IMG/VR virus record: IMGVR_UViG_3300044259_000172
Direction: 5' to 3' (one strand)
DNA: 51,946 bases
Origin: a virus
Lineage: Duplodnaviria; Heunggongvirae; Uroviricota; Caudoviricetes
The notes under the pieces were generated by a model that was given only the letters and a program-made list of their open reading frames with translations, was not told the DNA's origin and searched no databases. The first letter of the stretch is position 1. Every line of letters starts with the position of its first letter. The translations under genes were made by a program, and so were the position numbers. Shown here one piece after another: positions 31,997 through 41,992 of this stretch.

Positions 31997-32186
31997 AAAG
32001 AGATGTTTATAAAACGATCTGATCTTGAGAGAAGGAGCATTCACATAAATGCCAATCTTAACTTTTCCAGATCTTGGAGATCCACGACTTCCAGACATTT
32101 TATTTTCCCTAATTTATTTACATTTGATGAATTATTTATAGTACATTTTTGAATGAATGTACACATAAAAATTCACAAAAAGAAAA

Positions 32187-32921
32187 TTAAATTTCTATGA
32201 GCAAAGGTTGATAATTAGAAAAATTAGATTCTCCCCTATAACCTTTTGGATGACAAAGAATTCTGCATTCTCCTATTTTAACATCTACAGAATCATGAAC
32301 ATGCCCATGGAACCAATATTTGATTCTAGGATTAGAGAGAATTAAATTTTCAAGATTATTGACAAATGATCCATTTAAATCATTTCCTCTTGATCCTTGA
32401 AATCTTTCATTGATGCAAAGAGTAGATGGAGCATGATGAGTTACCATCATAATCTTTTTATCCGCATCTAAATGTTTAATATGATTTTCAAGACATCTAA
32501 TGAAATGGTTAAAAATAGAAACCTGTTTCTCTGGAGACCAATTTCTGATATATCTAAAATCTGCCAAATATCTTTTTGTAGTTAACATTTCAACAGGGTT
32601 TTCATTGAAATAATTTGTCCACATCGTATGAGATATAATGACCCAATTATCTTCTATATGTTTTACTTTAATATCTACAAATTGAGGATCATGATCCCAA
32701 TTTTGATAATAATCATGATTCCCATAAACTTTAACATAATGCAAAGAATTAGCTATTCCTACATTATCAATCTCATTGATAATTTTAGGTTCATATACCA
32801 TCCCATAATCTCCGCAATTGATTACTACATCAGGAGATTGTTCTTGAAGTGAATTTCTAATTAGTTTATATCCATTGTCCCAGGGCTTTAAATGTAAATC
32901 TGAAAAAAGTGAAACCTTCAT
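32187..32921 (-). CDS. Calcineurin-like metallophosphoesterase
   Basis: SDLH, CGD, GNHDY, THHAP, HGHVH. Confidence 0.9.
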   Translation of the reverse strand: MKVSLFSDLHLKPWDNGYKLIRNSLQEQSPDVVINCGDYGMVYEPKIINEIDNVGIANSLHYVKVYGNHDYYQNWDHDPQFVDIKVKHIEDNWVIISHTMWTNYFNENPVEMLTTKRYLADFRYIRNWSPEKQVSIFNHFIRCLENHIKHLDADKKIMMVTHHAPSTLCINERFQGSRGNDLNGSFVNNLENLILSNPRIKYWFHGHVHDSVDVKIGECRILCHPKGYRGESNFSNYQPLLIEI

Positions 32922-32943
32922 TTATTACAATCTTTCTTAAGTG

Positions 32944-32968
32944 AAAAGGAGGATTTTTGTCCTCCTTT
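32944..32968 (-). terminator. Rho-independent terminator
   Basis: AAAGGAGGA-TTTTTG-TCCTCCTTT; T-run on the minus strand. Confidence 0.75.
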
Positions 32969-32981
32969 GTAGTTGTGTATA

Positions 32982-33674
32982 TTAAGATTTGTCTTTTTCT
33001 GAAGATTCATCAGAATTTTCTTCTTCTGTTTCTTCTTCCTGTTCATTAGAATTTTCTTCTAAATCATCAGGATTTTCTGGATTTTCTGGATTTTCTTCAG
33101 ATTTGACTTTCTTCTTTCTAGGCTTTTTTAGAGGAGCATCTTCTTTCACTTCTGATTCATCAGCATCTGGTGAATCACCGCTTTGCTCCAATTTTTCTGG
33201 CTCAGGGGTTTCTTCTGAAACAGGAACTTTAATAGTTTCATCTTCCTGAAACTTTTCTGGAGCAGGAATAAGATTAGGAAATGCCAAATGCACATCTTCC
33301 TGACTTAAACCAATCTCTACCTCCTTATCCTTCAATTTAAAGGCAAATTCAGCATCAGTTCTATCGAGAGATCTCATAAGTCTCAACCAACCAATTTGAA
33401 GTCTATCAGTATTTTCAGTATTTACAAAAGAAGGAAATGATCTGATTGCCTTTTCGAGGGACAAAGCACCCTTTTCTGTAAATTCAAATCCATCAGGAAT
33501 TCCCTTTGGAAGAGTGATTTTAATATTAGGATTGAATAGTAAACTGAGAACTGCCGCAGTAGAAACCGAATAGTGATGTTTAATGAAATCAATTTTTTCG
33601 GAGACTGTTTCCAAAGATGCAGCCTTTGCAAAAATTTCTGGCAATGATAATTTAGCAATTGTTTTAAATGACAT
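32982..33674 (-). CDS. Conserved T4-like hypothetical protein (rnh neighbour) with an acidic low-complexity tail
   Basis: LPEIF, FNPNI...LPKG.P, AFPNLI; E/D/S-rich C-terminus. Confidence 0.7.
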   Translation of the reverse strand: MSFKTIAKLSLPEIFAKAASLETVSEKIDFIKHHYSVSTAAVLSLLFNPNIKITLPKGIPDGFEFTEKGALSLEKAIRSFPSFVNTENTDRLQIGWLRLMRSLDRTDAEFAFKLKDKEVEIGLSQEDVHLAFPNLIPAPEKFQEDETIKVPVSEETPEPEKLEQSGDSPDADESEVKEDAPLKKPRKKKVKSEENPENPENPDDLEENSNEQEEETEEENSDESSEKDKS

Positions 33675-33699
33675 AGATTTTATTTTCCTTTTAATAAGT

Positions 33700-34671
33700 T
33701 TACTTAAAAGCCTTGAAATCAGCTAGAACATCTAGCATATTTTTCATCCTATATGATATAAAAGCTTGACGAAGAAGCTCGAGAGAACCTTCATTTTCCT
33801 TATTATATTCAATTTCAATATTATATTGAATATTCTGAGGAATACATTCCAAAAGATTAATCAAAGTTTTATTTCTAGAAAAATTCTTTAAGAATTCATC
33901 TTTTTGAATTTTCGAATTAACTTCTATAGGATTTTCAAATTTTGATTTGAATTCATCTAGAAATTTAGTGGTAATAGGCTTTTGTCTAATTTTATCTATA
34001 AAAGTTCTATCAGATGATAGAATATTAGGCACAGAATCACCTACATCACCCTTGGCAATATGCTCAATGAGAAATTCTTTTGGATTTTGGCATTTTAGAT
34101 ATTTTTTCAAAGTTGGCGAATATTGTGTAACATTCTTATAAACTTGGAGTTGTTGGAAATCTTTATCTCCAGAAATAATCAATATTTCTTCTGATTCAGA
34201 AGATGATCCAAATCCAGCATAAATGTCATTATCATCAGAGAAGGTCTTGCCATATTTATTACATGCCCATCCAATGATATCATCAGCCTCAGCTCCAGGA
34301 GCCTTGATACATTTGAATGGAGAAAATTTATCTAACATTTCAAATGTCTCATTAATTACCTTATAGACAATTTCCCAATCCAAAGAATCAGGATCATCTT
34401 TAGTCTTGTCCTTATTCAAAGATCTAGTAATCTTATAAAGTTCAAAATAATCTTTTCTCCAAGATCTAGAATCGGCGCAAATAACCATATTTCCATAATT
34501 GGACTTGAATTTTGCATAATTTGATCTTACAGAATTCACGATAAAATGCCTAATAAGATTTTCTTCCATTGGCATATTTGGATTATTTAGTCGTTCTTGA
34601 TGAATTGAAGCCATCGAGATTTGAGAAAAATCTAAGAGAATCAAACTACATTTCCTTTCAAAAGAGTGCAT
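33700..34671 (-). CDS. rnh: RNase H / 5'-3' exonuclease (T4 Rnh)
   Basis: LLDFSQI, SWRKDYF..YK, EADDII, SGDKDFQQLQ, KGD.GD.VPNILS. Confidence 0.95.
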   Translation of the reverse strand: MHSFERKCSLILLDFSQISMASIHQERLNNPNMPMEENLIRHFIVNSVRSNYAKFKSNYGNMVICADSRSWRKDYFELYKITRSLNKDKTKDDPDSLDWEIVYKVINETFEMLDKFSPFKCIKAPGAEADDIIGWACNKYGKTFSDDNDIYAGFGSSSESEEILIISGDKDFQQLQVYKNVTQYSPTLKKYLKCQNPKEFLIEHIAKGDVGDSVPNILSSDRTFIDKIRQKPITTKFLDEFKSKFENPIEVNSKIQKDEFLKNFSRNKTLINLLECIPQNIQYNIEIEYNKENEGSLELLRQAFISYRMKNMLDVLADFKAFK

Positions 34672-34786
34672 TTAAAATGCATTTAAGGGATTTTATTGAT
34701 AATTATGCATAAAATGATTTTATGAAAATATGATAAAATAAGTTATTGATTAGATTATCATATTTTGAACAAAAATCATTCTATGA

Positions 34787-35848
34787 TTAAAATACTTTTG
34801 CGATAATCATATCGCCATTAATTCTGAAATTTCCTTGCCTTTCTGTAACTTTAAGAGCCGAAAATTCCTTTTCCATTCTCATTTTTGTAGTAGAAAATAG
34901 ATCCTTTAAAAATTCAGGCTTTCTAATTTTTTTAGTCTTAACTGAAGTACCATTAATCAATGTAGTTCCTTTGATATCAAAACCATCTTGAGACTCCATT
35001 ACAGAAAGATCTCTAGTTTTTGTATTAAATGCCCAAACTATCTTTGCTCCAATGATCTTATCTGGAAGAACTGAAACCATCTTGAAAGTGTCTGAAATTT
35101 TTAGATATTTTAAATCTTTCAATTTCTTCTCAATCGGAATAATTTTCTTTTTTCTAGTTCTAACGACTCTGGAAGCAGAACTAGAAAATTGAATATAATC
35201 ACTAATAGATTGATAAAATTTCTTGGCAACTCTAATATTTACAGAATTGTAAATTTTATAAGCTTCCTTGAGATCTTTATCCGAATTCAAATTCTCTAAT
35301 TCTTGAATGATTGGTTTTACACAATCATTCAAAATTTCCATTGAATTTCCTTTAGTAAGAGTAGAAATCAATGTTTTTGTTTTTTCAAACGATTCTGATT
35401 GATTAAAAGATTTCCAAAAGGAGTCTTCTATCTCATTAAAATTTGAAATATACGTTTTTTCAGAATAAGAAAGAGATATATCTTTTTCTGTAGAAGGAGT
35501 ATCTTTTTCTTCTGTATTGTTAAGATATTTTTTAAAAATTTCTTGAATATAATTATCGCGCTTTTCTTTCATAAGAGGAGTGATAATACATCCATTCTTT
35601 TCCATAAGATACATCCAAGCAAAAGAAGGATTGATATCTGAAGATGAAACTTCATTCCACTTAATTTCAGGCAAATTTTTATTTAAAACATCCCTGGCAT
35701 CTTTCAAATTATTTTTATAATTGAACCAACTAAATACTCTAACTAATCCAGATAGAGTCAAATCATTCATATCAATGTCTTTAGGTTCTCGACCAAATTC
35801 AGCTTCAACCGCTGAATTTGGTCTATATGCTTTACCTTTTGGGGCCAT
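34787..35848 (-). CDS. Conserved T4-like hypothetical protein
   Basis: FSWFNY, KLK.LKYLK, P.KIIGAK.VWAFNTKTR.L, RINGDMII.KVF. Confidence 0.75.
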   Translation of the reverse strand: MAPKGKAYRPNSAVEAEFGREPKDIDMNDLTLSGLVRVFSWFNYKNNLKDARDVLNKNLPEIKWNEVSSSDINPSFAWMYLMEKNGCIITPLMKEKRDNYIQEIFKKYLNNTEEKDTPSTEKDISLSYSEKTYISNFNEIEDSFWKSFNQSESFEKTKTLISTLTKGNSMEILNDCVKPIIQELENLNSDKDLKEAYKIYNSVNIRVAKKFYQSISDYIQFSSSASRVVRTRKKKIIPIEKKLKDLKYLKISDTFKMVSVLPDKIIGAKIVWAFNTKTRDLSVMESQDGFDIKGTTLINGTSVKTKKIRKPEFLKDLFSTTKMRMEKEFSALKVTERQGNFRINGDMIIAKVF

Positions 35849-35913
35849 TTCAAATTCCTATTCCAAAGTTTTATGCAATATAATACATCTAATTCGAATA
35901 AGATACAGCCAAT

Positions 35914-36297
35914 TTAATTTTTAATGCTGTATTGAACATCACTATTATAGAATGGAATATTCTTTTCATAAGAAAATCCAGTTGTTCCATGGATATAATT
36001 TGTAAAAATATCAGCCATTGTAGATGAAGCTTTTGTATAAAGAATAATCTGTTCTTTTGCTACTTTATATTCATGCTCATTTGCGTAAGGAAGAACTTCA
36101 TGAAAACCTAGACCTTTTTCATTTTGATTAAGATGTCTAAAATATTTCATTTTAATTCTATCTTCAGGTTCTTCGGAAAAGCCGTCCAATTTCATAACTT
36201 CTTCATCAGAAATCATAGCAATTGATTGCATAGGTCCTTGACCTACATTGATGAGCAATTGATAAACATTATTAATATTTTGAATTTCATTAAACAT
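35914..36297 (-). CDS. Hypothetical protein downstream of uvsW
   Basis: ORF coupled to uvsW. Confidence 0.6.
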   Translation of the reverse strand: MFNEIQNINNVYQLLINVGQGPMQSIAMISDEEVMKLDGFSEEPEDRIKMKYFRHLNQNEKGLGFHEVLPYANEHEYKVAKEQIILYTKASSTMADIFTNYIHGTTGFSYEKNIPFYNSDVQYSIKN

Positions 36298-37822
36298 TAT
36301 CTATAGCCTTATAAATTATATTAAGTTGTTCTTCTTGATAATATGTTAGTCTTTTAATTCCATGAGAATATGTGATATTTTCTTTTGATTTATATCTTAA
36401 ATCATCGATGATATCAAAAAGATATCCAATTCTTCCATCAGGGGCTTTTCTAAGAAGTCTCCCAAATGATTGCATAACTCTAATTCTTCCTTTAGAAGGA
36501 GCGCAGAATATAGCATTATGCAAATTCTTGATATTAATTCCTAATTGAAATAATTGATAAGTTGATATGATAACTACATCATTTTTAGTTTCAGCATATT
36601 TTCTAATAGCTTCTCTTTCTTCAACTCCTAAACTAGAAGACATCAAATGTACATCAAAATTTAGTGACTTTAATAAATCAAAGATTAATTTAGAATGTTC
36701 AACTGATCTAAAAAGTAGAAGTGTATTCATTCCTGCTAATTTTTTTAGAAGAGAAATTATCAAATTATTTCTTTTTTTATATGTTGCCAAAAATTTCATT
36801 TCAGCTGGATAAATCTTTTTCTGTTCCTTTTTCTTTATCAAAGGTCCAATTATATCATCCCAATATTTTTTTGTTGTAGTTTCTTCATATTTCAAAACTA
36901 CTGCCATGACAGGAGTTTTTGTCAAAATATTAAGATCCATCAATTCCTTGGTAGATTTGGTTTTTCTGATGACTCCAAAATGTCCAATCAATTGAAGAGG
37001 ATTACATTTTAATTCTTTAAGAGTTCCTGTTAATCCAGTTCTTCTATCTGCATTTACCAATTTCTCCATAATAGAAGAAATTTCTTTGGCTTCTGCAGTA
37101 TGAACTTCGTCGCAGATGCAAATATCAAATTGAGTAAAATAATTCTTATCTTTAATATTCGCAAGGGATTGCCAAGTTGAAACATAAATTCTTTTTGAAG
37201 AATCTTTTTCTTTTCCTGCCATAATCATATGACACATTTTATGCGAATCAAAACTGGTATCTAGTTTTGAATAATCTTCAAAATCAGAAATCATCTGAGA
37301 AACTAGATTAATAGTAGGAACCATAACTAGAATTTTTCTATTCGAAATTCCTCTAGAAATGCAATATCTGAGATAGAGATAAACAATGAGTGATTTACCT
37401 GATCCCGTTGGAGATAGAATTATATTTCTTTTATCTAATATAGCATCAAGAACTGCCGATTTTTGATAATCTCTAATTTCATAGCCATCTGGAAGTTTTA
37501 TATCTTTGGAAAGGAAACGATCAAAATCTTTTTGAATAGATTCCTTTTCCAAATTTTCAGGAAAACCTTCCAATGAAAATGTCTTATTAGATTCATTTAA
37601 AAATTCAATTAAGTTATCAAGAAGTCCTGCAGGAAGTGTTCCGAAATTTCTATTGAAAAGTCGAATTTTCCCATCCCAATATTTGCTTTTAAATTTTGGG
37701 TTCCATTGATAATTGTCAGCAAAAAATGAATAATAATCACTTAATGTCTGAGAATACCCCATATCCGTTTCTATCCGGATCAGGGCAGAATTTACGTAAT
37801 AAATGATAACATCTTCTTCCAT
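36290..37822 (-). CDS. uvsW: UvsW DNA helicase
   Basis: WDGKIRLF, SPTGSGKS, STWQS, DEVH, GLTGT, GINIKNLHN, QSFGRLLR; start re-set to MEEDV. Confidence 0.95.
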   Translation of the reverse strand: MEEDVIIYYVNSALIRIETDMGYSQTLSDYYSFFADNYQWNPKFKSKYWDGKIRLFNRNFGTLPAGLLDNLIEFLNESNKTFSLEGFPENLEKESIQKDFDRFLSKDIKLPDGYEIRDYQKSAVLDAILDKRNIILSPTGSGKSLIVYLYLRYCISRGISNRKILVMVPTINLVSQMISDFEDYSKLDTSFDSHKMCHMIMAGKEKDSSKRIYVSTWQSLANIKDKNYFTQFDICICDEVHTAEAKEISSIMEKLVNADRRTGLTGTLKELKCNPLQLIGHFGVIRKTKSTKELMDLNILTKTPVMAVVLKYEETTTKKYWDDIIGPLIKKKEQKKIYPAEMKFLATYKKRNNLIISLLKKLAGMNTLLLFRSVEHSKLIFDLLKSLNFDVHLMSSSLGVEEREAIRKYAETKNDVVIISTYQLFQLGINIKNLHNAIFCAPSKGRIRVMQSFGRLLRKAPDGRIGYLFDIIDDLRYKSKENITYSHGIKRLTYYQEEQLNIIYKAIDNV

Positions 37823-37835
37823 GAAGATATTTATC

Positions 37836-38291
37836 TTAACTTCCTGAAGTGAATTTATCCCACTCAATGATTGATCTTATTTGCCAATTTCTATCCTTTA
37901 TCATAGAAAGGATAGATTTTACAATTTCTTGAATTCCTTCGTATTCTTCAATTTTTGCTACAACCGAAGAAAATTCATCATCAGATGATATGAAAGTATC
38001 AAGATCACCTTTTAGAACTTTTAGATGAAAATTATCTCTTCTATAAGTATCATCATCAGCCTTTCCTGAATAATATAAAGACTTCTCTCTATAGAGAATT
38101 TTCTTTCTTTTTCTAAGTTTGACTAGATTTTGATTAACTTGTTTTAAGAGATTTAAATATTTGAAATGTAATTTAGGTATATTGACAGCTTCTCCGGAAG
38201 GGTCATGCCTATCCATCTTTGAATCTTGTTCCCAATATTCTAAAATTGTATCTGCTAATGTTTTCTTTTCTTCAGATTTTGATGTTGTCAT
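37836..38291 (-). CDS. uvsY: UvsY recombination mediator
   Basis: IPKLH.KYL, YYSGKA, I.DRNWQIRSIIEW.KF. Confidence 0.9.
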   Translation of the reverse strand: MTTSKSEEKKTLADTILEYWEQDSKMDRHDPSGEAVNIPKLHFKYLNLLKQVNQNLVKLRKRKKILYREKSLYYSGKADDDTYRRDNFHLKVLKGDLDTFISSDDEFSSVVAKIEEYEGIQEIVKSILSMIKDRNWQIRSIIEWDKFTSGS

Positions 38292-38332
38292 ATTTACATA
38301 TTATCAAAAATGATATAAAAGGTACATAATTT

Positions 38333-38836
38333 TTATGTGAATGTCGGAATAAAATTCGAGTATTCAAAGGCAGCATTAAATTTCATATAATCAGTATTAG
38401 ATGATGTAGTAGAAAATTCTATAGATCCTAAAGCAATAGGATAAACATCATTGAAAGTAAATGTTCCTATTTCTTTATTATTGTTGTCTAATACTACTAC
38501 TTTAGCATCAGTCGTTATTTTAGAAAAATCTCTTTCAACGTCATCATCGGTAGATGCATATGACATAATCCATTTGAATATTTCTAAATATGCAATATAA
38601 TTTTCATCTAAAAGAATTTCTATAGTCCAAGGTTTTTCAAAAACCAAAACATCTCCAGGTCTATTGAAAATACCTGAACGCATAGGAATATTAACACTAC
38701 TTGCAGATATTCCAGGAATTACAAATTTTTGAGTCAAAAATTCAAAAGTAGGTATTTTAGAAAATACTATTTTTGCATTTGATTCTCTTGTAAAGGATTG
38801 AAAGCTTGTTGGTTTATTGACTGTTATACTATCCAT
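38333..38836 (-). CDS. 3: Tail completion / sheath stabiliser gp3
   Basis: F...IPG, LDENY..Y.EI.KW, F.DVYP..LG.I.F. Confidence 0.85.
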   Translation of the reverse strand: MDSITVNKPTSFQSFTRESNAKIVFSKIPTFEFLTQKFVIPGISASSVNIPMRSGIFNRPGDVLVFEKPWTIEILLDENYIAYLEIFKWIMSYASTDDDVERDFSKITTDAKVVVLDNNNKEIGTFTFNDVYPIALGSIEFSTTSSNTDYMKFNAAFEYSNFIPTFT

Positions 38837-38846
38837 AAATTATTTA

Positions 38847-38975
38847 TCTAGAATTAGCCTGCTCATCGTGAAACGATGTTATCTAGAAAGCTTTCTAGAT
38901 ATAATCTAGATTAATCGTTTCACGATACAAGCTAAAGCTTGTTTTCTTTAATTTATATTCTAGATATAATCTAGA
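38847..38975. repeat. Palindrome-rich intergenic element with six TCTAGA sites
   Basis: TCTAGA at 38847, 38882, 38894, 38905, 38959 and 38970; 18-bp perfect palindrome at 38882-38899; 13-bp inverted repeat at 38865-38877/38914-38926. Confidence 0.85.
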
Positions 38976-39009
38976 AAATAATAAAGCTTTTTAAGATTTC
39001 CTTTAAAAT

Positions 39010-39133
39010 ATTATACACCGGTCCTAGAATGTTGTACACAAAATAATGCATTAAAATAGATTATTTGAGAATTATTTTTATTTGTGTGATAATAAAATAA
39101 ACAGTGTACATTCAATTATAATAATGATAGATT
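39010..39133. promoter_or_regulatory. Divergent sigma70-like promoters TGTACA-N17-TATAAT (minus) and TGTACA-N17-TAGATT (plus)
   Basis: 39033-39038/39010-39015 and 39105-39110/39128-39133. Confidence 0.7.
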
Positions 39134-39165
39134 GAATTTATGTTTTTAACAAAAGGAAAATAACT

Positions 39166-39360
39166 ATGACAAAATTTTTGCTAATTAAGAGTGAAGATTC
39201 CACATTTATTTCTACAAAGAAGAATTTTACAGAAGATCTAAAGACTAAACTTCTTGCAGAAATAAGTGCAGATGAGAGTGCAATTTTTGAAGATTATTTT
39301 GATGTTGAAATTATCAAAGATAGTTATATTTACTTGAATACCGAAATTAAGGTTCGATAA
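39166..39360 (+). CDS. Hypothetical early protein
   Basis: AAGGA RBS after the promoter. Confidence 0.6.
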   Translation: MTKFLLIKSEDSTFISTKKNFTEDLKTKLLAEISADESAIFEDYFDVEIIKDSYIYLNTEIKVR

Positions 39361-39770
39361 TGGAAGAAGATACAAGACCAAAAGAATGTAGATTTCGACT
39401 TCAGGATGAAGGAAAATCATACCCAAGATCTAGTTGCTTTGCCTGTAATAAAGGCATCCTAACAGGATTGGGGAAGTCTTGCTCCCTTCAGAAGGATAAA
39501 GAACAAGAAACTAAGAATGAAATTGATCAATTGAATAATTTGATCAAATCCCTTCAAAAGGAATTAGATTTTGCTGATATGGAAATAAAAATCCTAAAAA
39601 ATAGAACTGCGAAATCGATCCAATTTACTTATGAACCTACAAAAGAAAGAGTCAAAATATATTCTGGCGATGATAATTCATTTGAAATCTTATCAAAGTA
39701 TCCGGAGTTTCTAAATCCATCTAAAATATTTGATGGATTTTCGGATAATTTTCCAGAGGACTTTGATTAA
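39360..39770 (+). CDS. Hypothetical protein with Cys motifs and a coiled coil
   Basis: CRFRLQDEGKSYPRSSC.AC; TAATG coupling. Confidence 0.6.
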   Translation: MEEDTRPKECRFRLQDEGKSYPRSSCFACNKGILTGLGKSCSLQKDKEQETKNEIDQLNNLIKSLQKELDFADMEIKILKNRTAKSIQFTYEPTKERVKIYSGDDNSFEILSKYPEFLNPSKIFDGFSDNFPEDFD

Positions 39771-39772
39771 AT

Positions 39773-40174
39773 ATGACAGAAACATTCAAATCACAAGCTA
39801 TTAGAGATTTTTTAATTTCTAAAATAAAGAATGATGAATTTAAGGTTGACTCTACTGGAGCAATAATTGTTGCATTTCCTAATAAATCTGAATTTAGGAT
39901 TTGTTCTGGCCCTAGTGGAATTACTTCATATCATTTGTCAATGTTTACTAGAGTTCCTAGAAAGCATATATTTGATAGAATTATTACAGGAATTCATTGG
40001 GTACATTTTCCTTCTGATCTTATTTTTGGAGGAATAACAGATCCTCTGCGAATTTTAATTAATAAAAAATTTCTAGAAATAGAACAAGAAGCTAAAAAAT
40101 TAAGAGCTAAAGAATATGAAAATTATCTTAAGTTTGTATCTAATGAAACTACTAAGGATTTAGGATTAGCATGA
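39773..40174 (+). CDS. Hypothetical protein
   Basis: ORF in an operon. Confidence 0.55.
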   Translation: MTETFKSQAIRDFLISKIKNDEFKVDSTGAIIVAFPNKSEFRICSGPSGITSYHLSMFTRVPRKHIFDRIITGIHWVHFPSDLIFGGITDPLRILINKKFLEIEQEAKKLRAKEYENYLKFVSNETTKDLGLA

Positions 40175-40410
40175 GTCTATATCTTTTAAGAAATAAAGAT
40201 AACGGAAAATGGGCAGATTCGGGTGTTTTTGATTGTGATAATTTTTATGAAGCCAGGAGAAAGTATAATTCTCTAGAAGCTGCTACGAAATCTATGAAGC
40301 AAATTATTAAATGCCACAGACAATATAATCTTAGGAATTCTTGTTCAAATCTTCCGGAAAATTATGAAATTGTTGAATTTTCAATGATACCTTTGGGAGT
40401 TTGTGACTAA
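40171..40410 (+). CDS. Hypothetical protein
   Basis: ORF in an operon. Confidence 0.55.
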   Translation: MSLYLLRNKDNGKWADSGVFDCDNFYEARRKYNSLEAATKSMKQIIKCHRQYNLRNSCSNLPENYEIVEFSMIPLGVCD

Positions 40411-40596
40411 ATGACTATATTTTGGATTTTATTTGGAATTTGGGTAATTTGGGCTTGTAGCGGAATTCTATATTTTACATCACTCTTAGGGCAGAAATAT
40501 AGAAAGGATAAATGGTATGATTCTATATTTTATATTCCTTTAATTCCTATAATTTGGTTTATATCATTTTTAAAACTCTATAATCTTTGACAAAGA

Positions 40597-40626
40597 AAAA
40601 GGCTTCTAGAAATTCTAGAAGCCTTA
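40597..40626. terminator. Terminator between the insert and gp23
   Basis: AAAAGGCTTCTAGA-AATTCTAGAAGCCTT. Confidence 0.8.
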
Positions 40627-40653
40627 AATTTTTATACTTATAAAGTATATTGC

Positions 40654-41952
40654 TTAGATTAGGTTGCTAATCTTCACTTTTCTGTAATATGGATTAATAT
40701 CACGAGTTAAGTCAGAACCATCTGGCGTACCATTAGGCAATCCATTTGTTAGCTTTTCAACGAATGGATTAGCAACAACACCATAACGTGTCTTGAATGC
40801 CATTTTAGGTTGGAAGCTATGTTCATCGATAGTCTTACGTACATAGAATGGAACGTAAGGGCAATAGAACAATCCAGCATCAAGTTCAGTGTTACCCTTG
40901 AAACCTACGACTGCGAAGTCACCGACCATATAAGGGTCAATATAAACTTTGAACTGTCCATTTAGAACACCTGCATAGGTTGAATTTGCGATGTCGTTAT
41001 TAACTCCTGTTCCATCAGAGATGGCAGAATTATAATCGAGCTTTCCAGATTCACCTAGAGCAGTAGCTACGTTTTGAGATACGATAATGAAATTACCACG
41101 ACCTCTACGAGTTTCTGTGAAGATCTTATTTGCTTCAAAGTTAAGGTGAAGCATCAAACCCTTGAACTTTTCAACGAACCAACGTCCGTCAGAGTCTGTA
41201 TTTACGTCAATAACACCTGAAGTATTAGTATACTCTTGAGCTCCAGGCTTTGCAACAGTATAAAGCGTACGAATAAGTTCACGGTTCATTTCTGATACAA
41301 GTTCGGTTGAAAGAATATCAGCAAGAATAGTTTCAGGATCCATTGAGTGCATTGCTTGCATATCCTGAGAAAGTTCATCTGACCATTCAGTTGCTAGAGC
41401 TCTCGTTTGAGCTGTAACGCTGATCTTATCAACGCTGAATGCCATCTTCTTAGTGATATCACCTTCACCAGTAGCTGTAGCAACCCCGGTACCATGATCA
41501 AGTGTATGAACTGGTGGAGATCCTGTTGTTGCAAAGATATCATTTACATTCTGAGTACCAGCACCGGAGAATGCAGAATTTGGTTCATTCAAACCAAGAG
41601 CTTCAACACCATTCTGTGCAGTATAACGAGACTTCATAGCAAATGCAAGACCTGTTGGTCCTGTCATAGGCTGAACTCCTACAACATCATTAGCAATAAG
41701 CGAAGGCGCAGTACGACGTACCATTGCAATAAGTACTGGATCCCATTTTGCTACACCACCTGTGATGTTAGTTGGGGCATCTTCGTTAAGCATTTGACGA
41801 TCTTGTCTAAGTTGCTTAGCTTGATTTTCCAAAAGAATTGCAGTACGGATTTTTGCATCTCTAGAACTAAACTTAGGGGCTTCCTTCGATTCTAGAACTT
41901 TAGCCCACTTGCTAAGAGCTTTTTCCTGTAAGAGTTGAGTGTTGTTTGTCAT
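40654..41952 (-). CDS. 23: Major capsid protein gp23
   Basis: DPVLIAMVRR..P.LIA.DVVGVQPMTGPTGL.FAM, RRGRGNF, GLFYCPYVP, KTRYG...NPF. Confidence 0.98.
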   Translation of the reverse strand: MTNNTQLLQEKALSKWAKVLESKEAPKFSSRDAKIRTAILLENQAKQLRQDRQMLNEDAPTNITGGVAKWDPVLIAMVRRTAPSLIANDVVGVQPMTGPTGLAFAMKSRYTAQNGVEALGLNEPNSAFSGAGTQNVNDIFATTGSPPVHTLDHGTGVATATGEGDITKKMAFSVDKISVTAQTRALATEWSDELSQDMQAMHSMDPETILADILSTELVSEMNRELIRTLYTVAKPGAQEYTNTSGVIDVNTDSDGRWFVEKFKGLMLHLNFEANKIFTETRRGRGNFIIVSQNVATALGESGKLDYNSAISDGTGVNNDIANSTYAGVLNGQFKVYIDPYMVGDFAVVGFKGNTELDAGLFYCPYVPFYVRKTIDEHSFQPKMAFKTRYGVVANPFVEKLTNGLPNGTPDGSDLTRDINPYYRKVKISNLI

Positions 41953-41992
41953 CTGAGTTTATCTCCTTAATTAGACTTATTTATAAAATTGA

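Noticed and set aside
33000-33260. Short repeats (ENPENPENP, E/S runs) in the rnh-neighbour gene
   Set aside because: Ordinary low-complexity acidic tail.
40413-40590. Open frame encoding a two-TM peptide (DYIWILFGIWVIW...)
   Set aside because: No in-frame ATG/GTG/TTG after the upstream TGA; it may be real with an unusual start, but I cannot support it.
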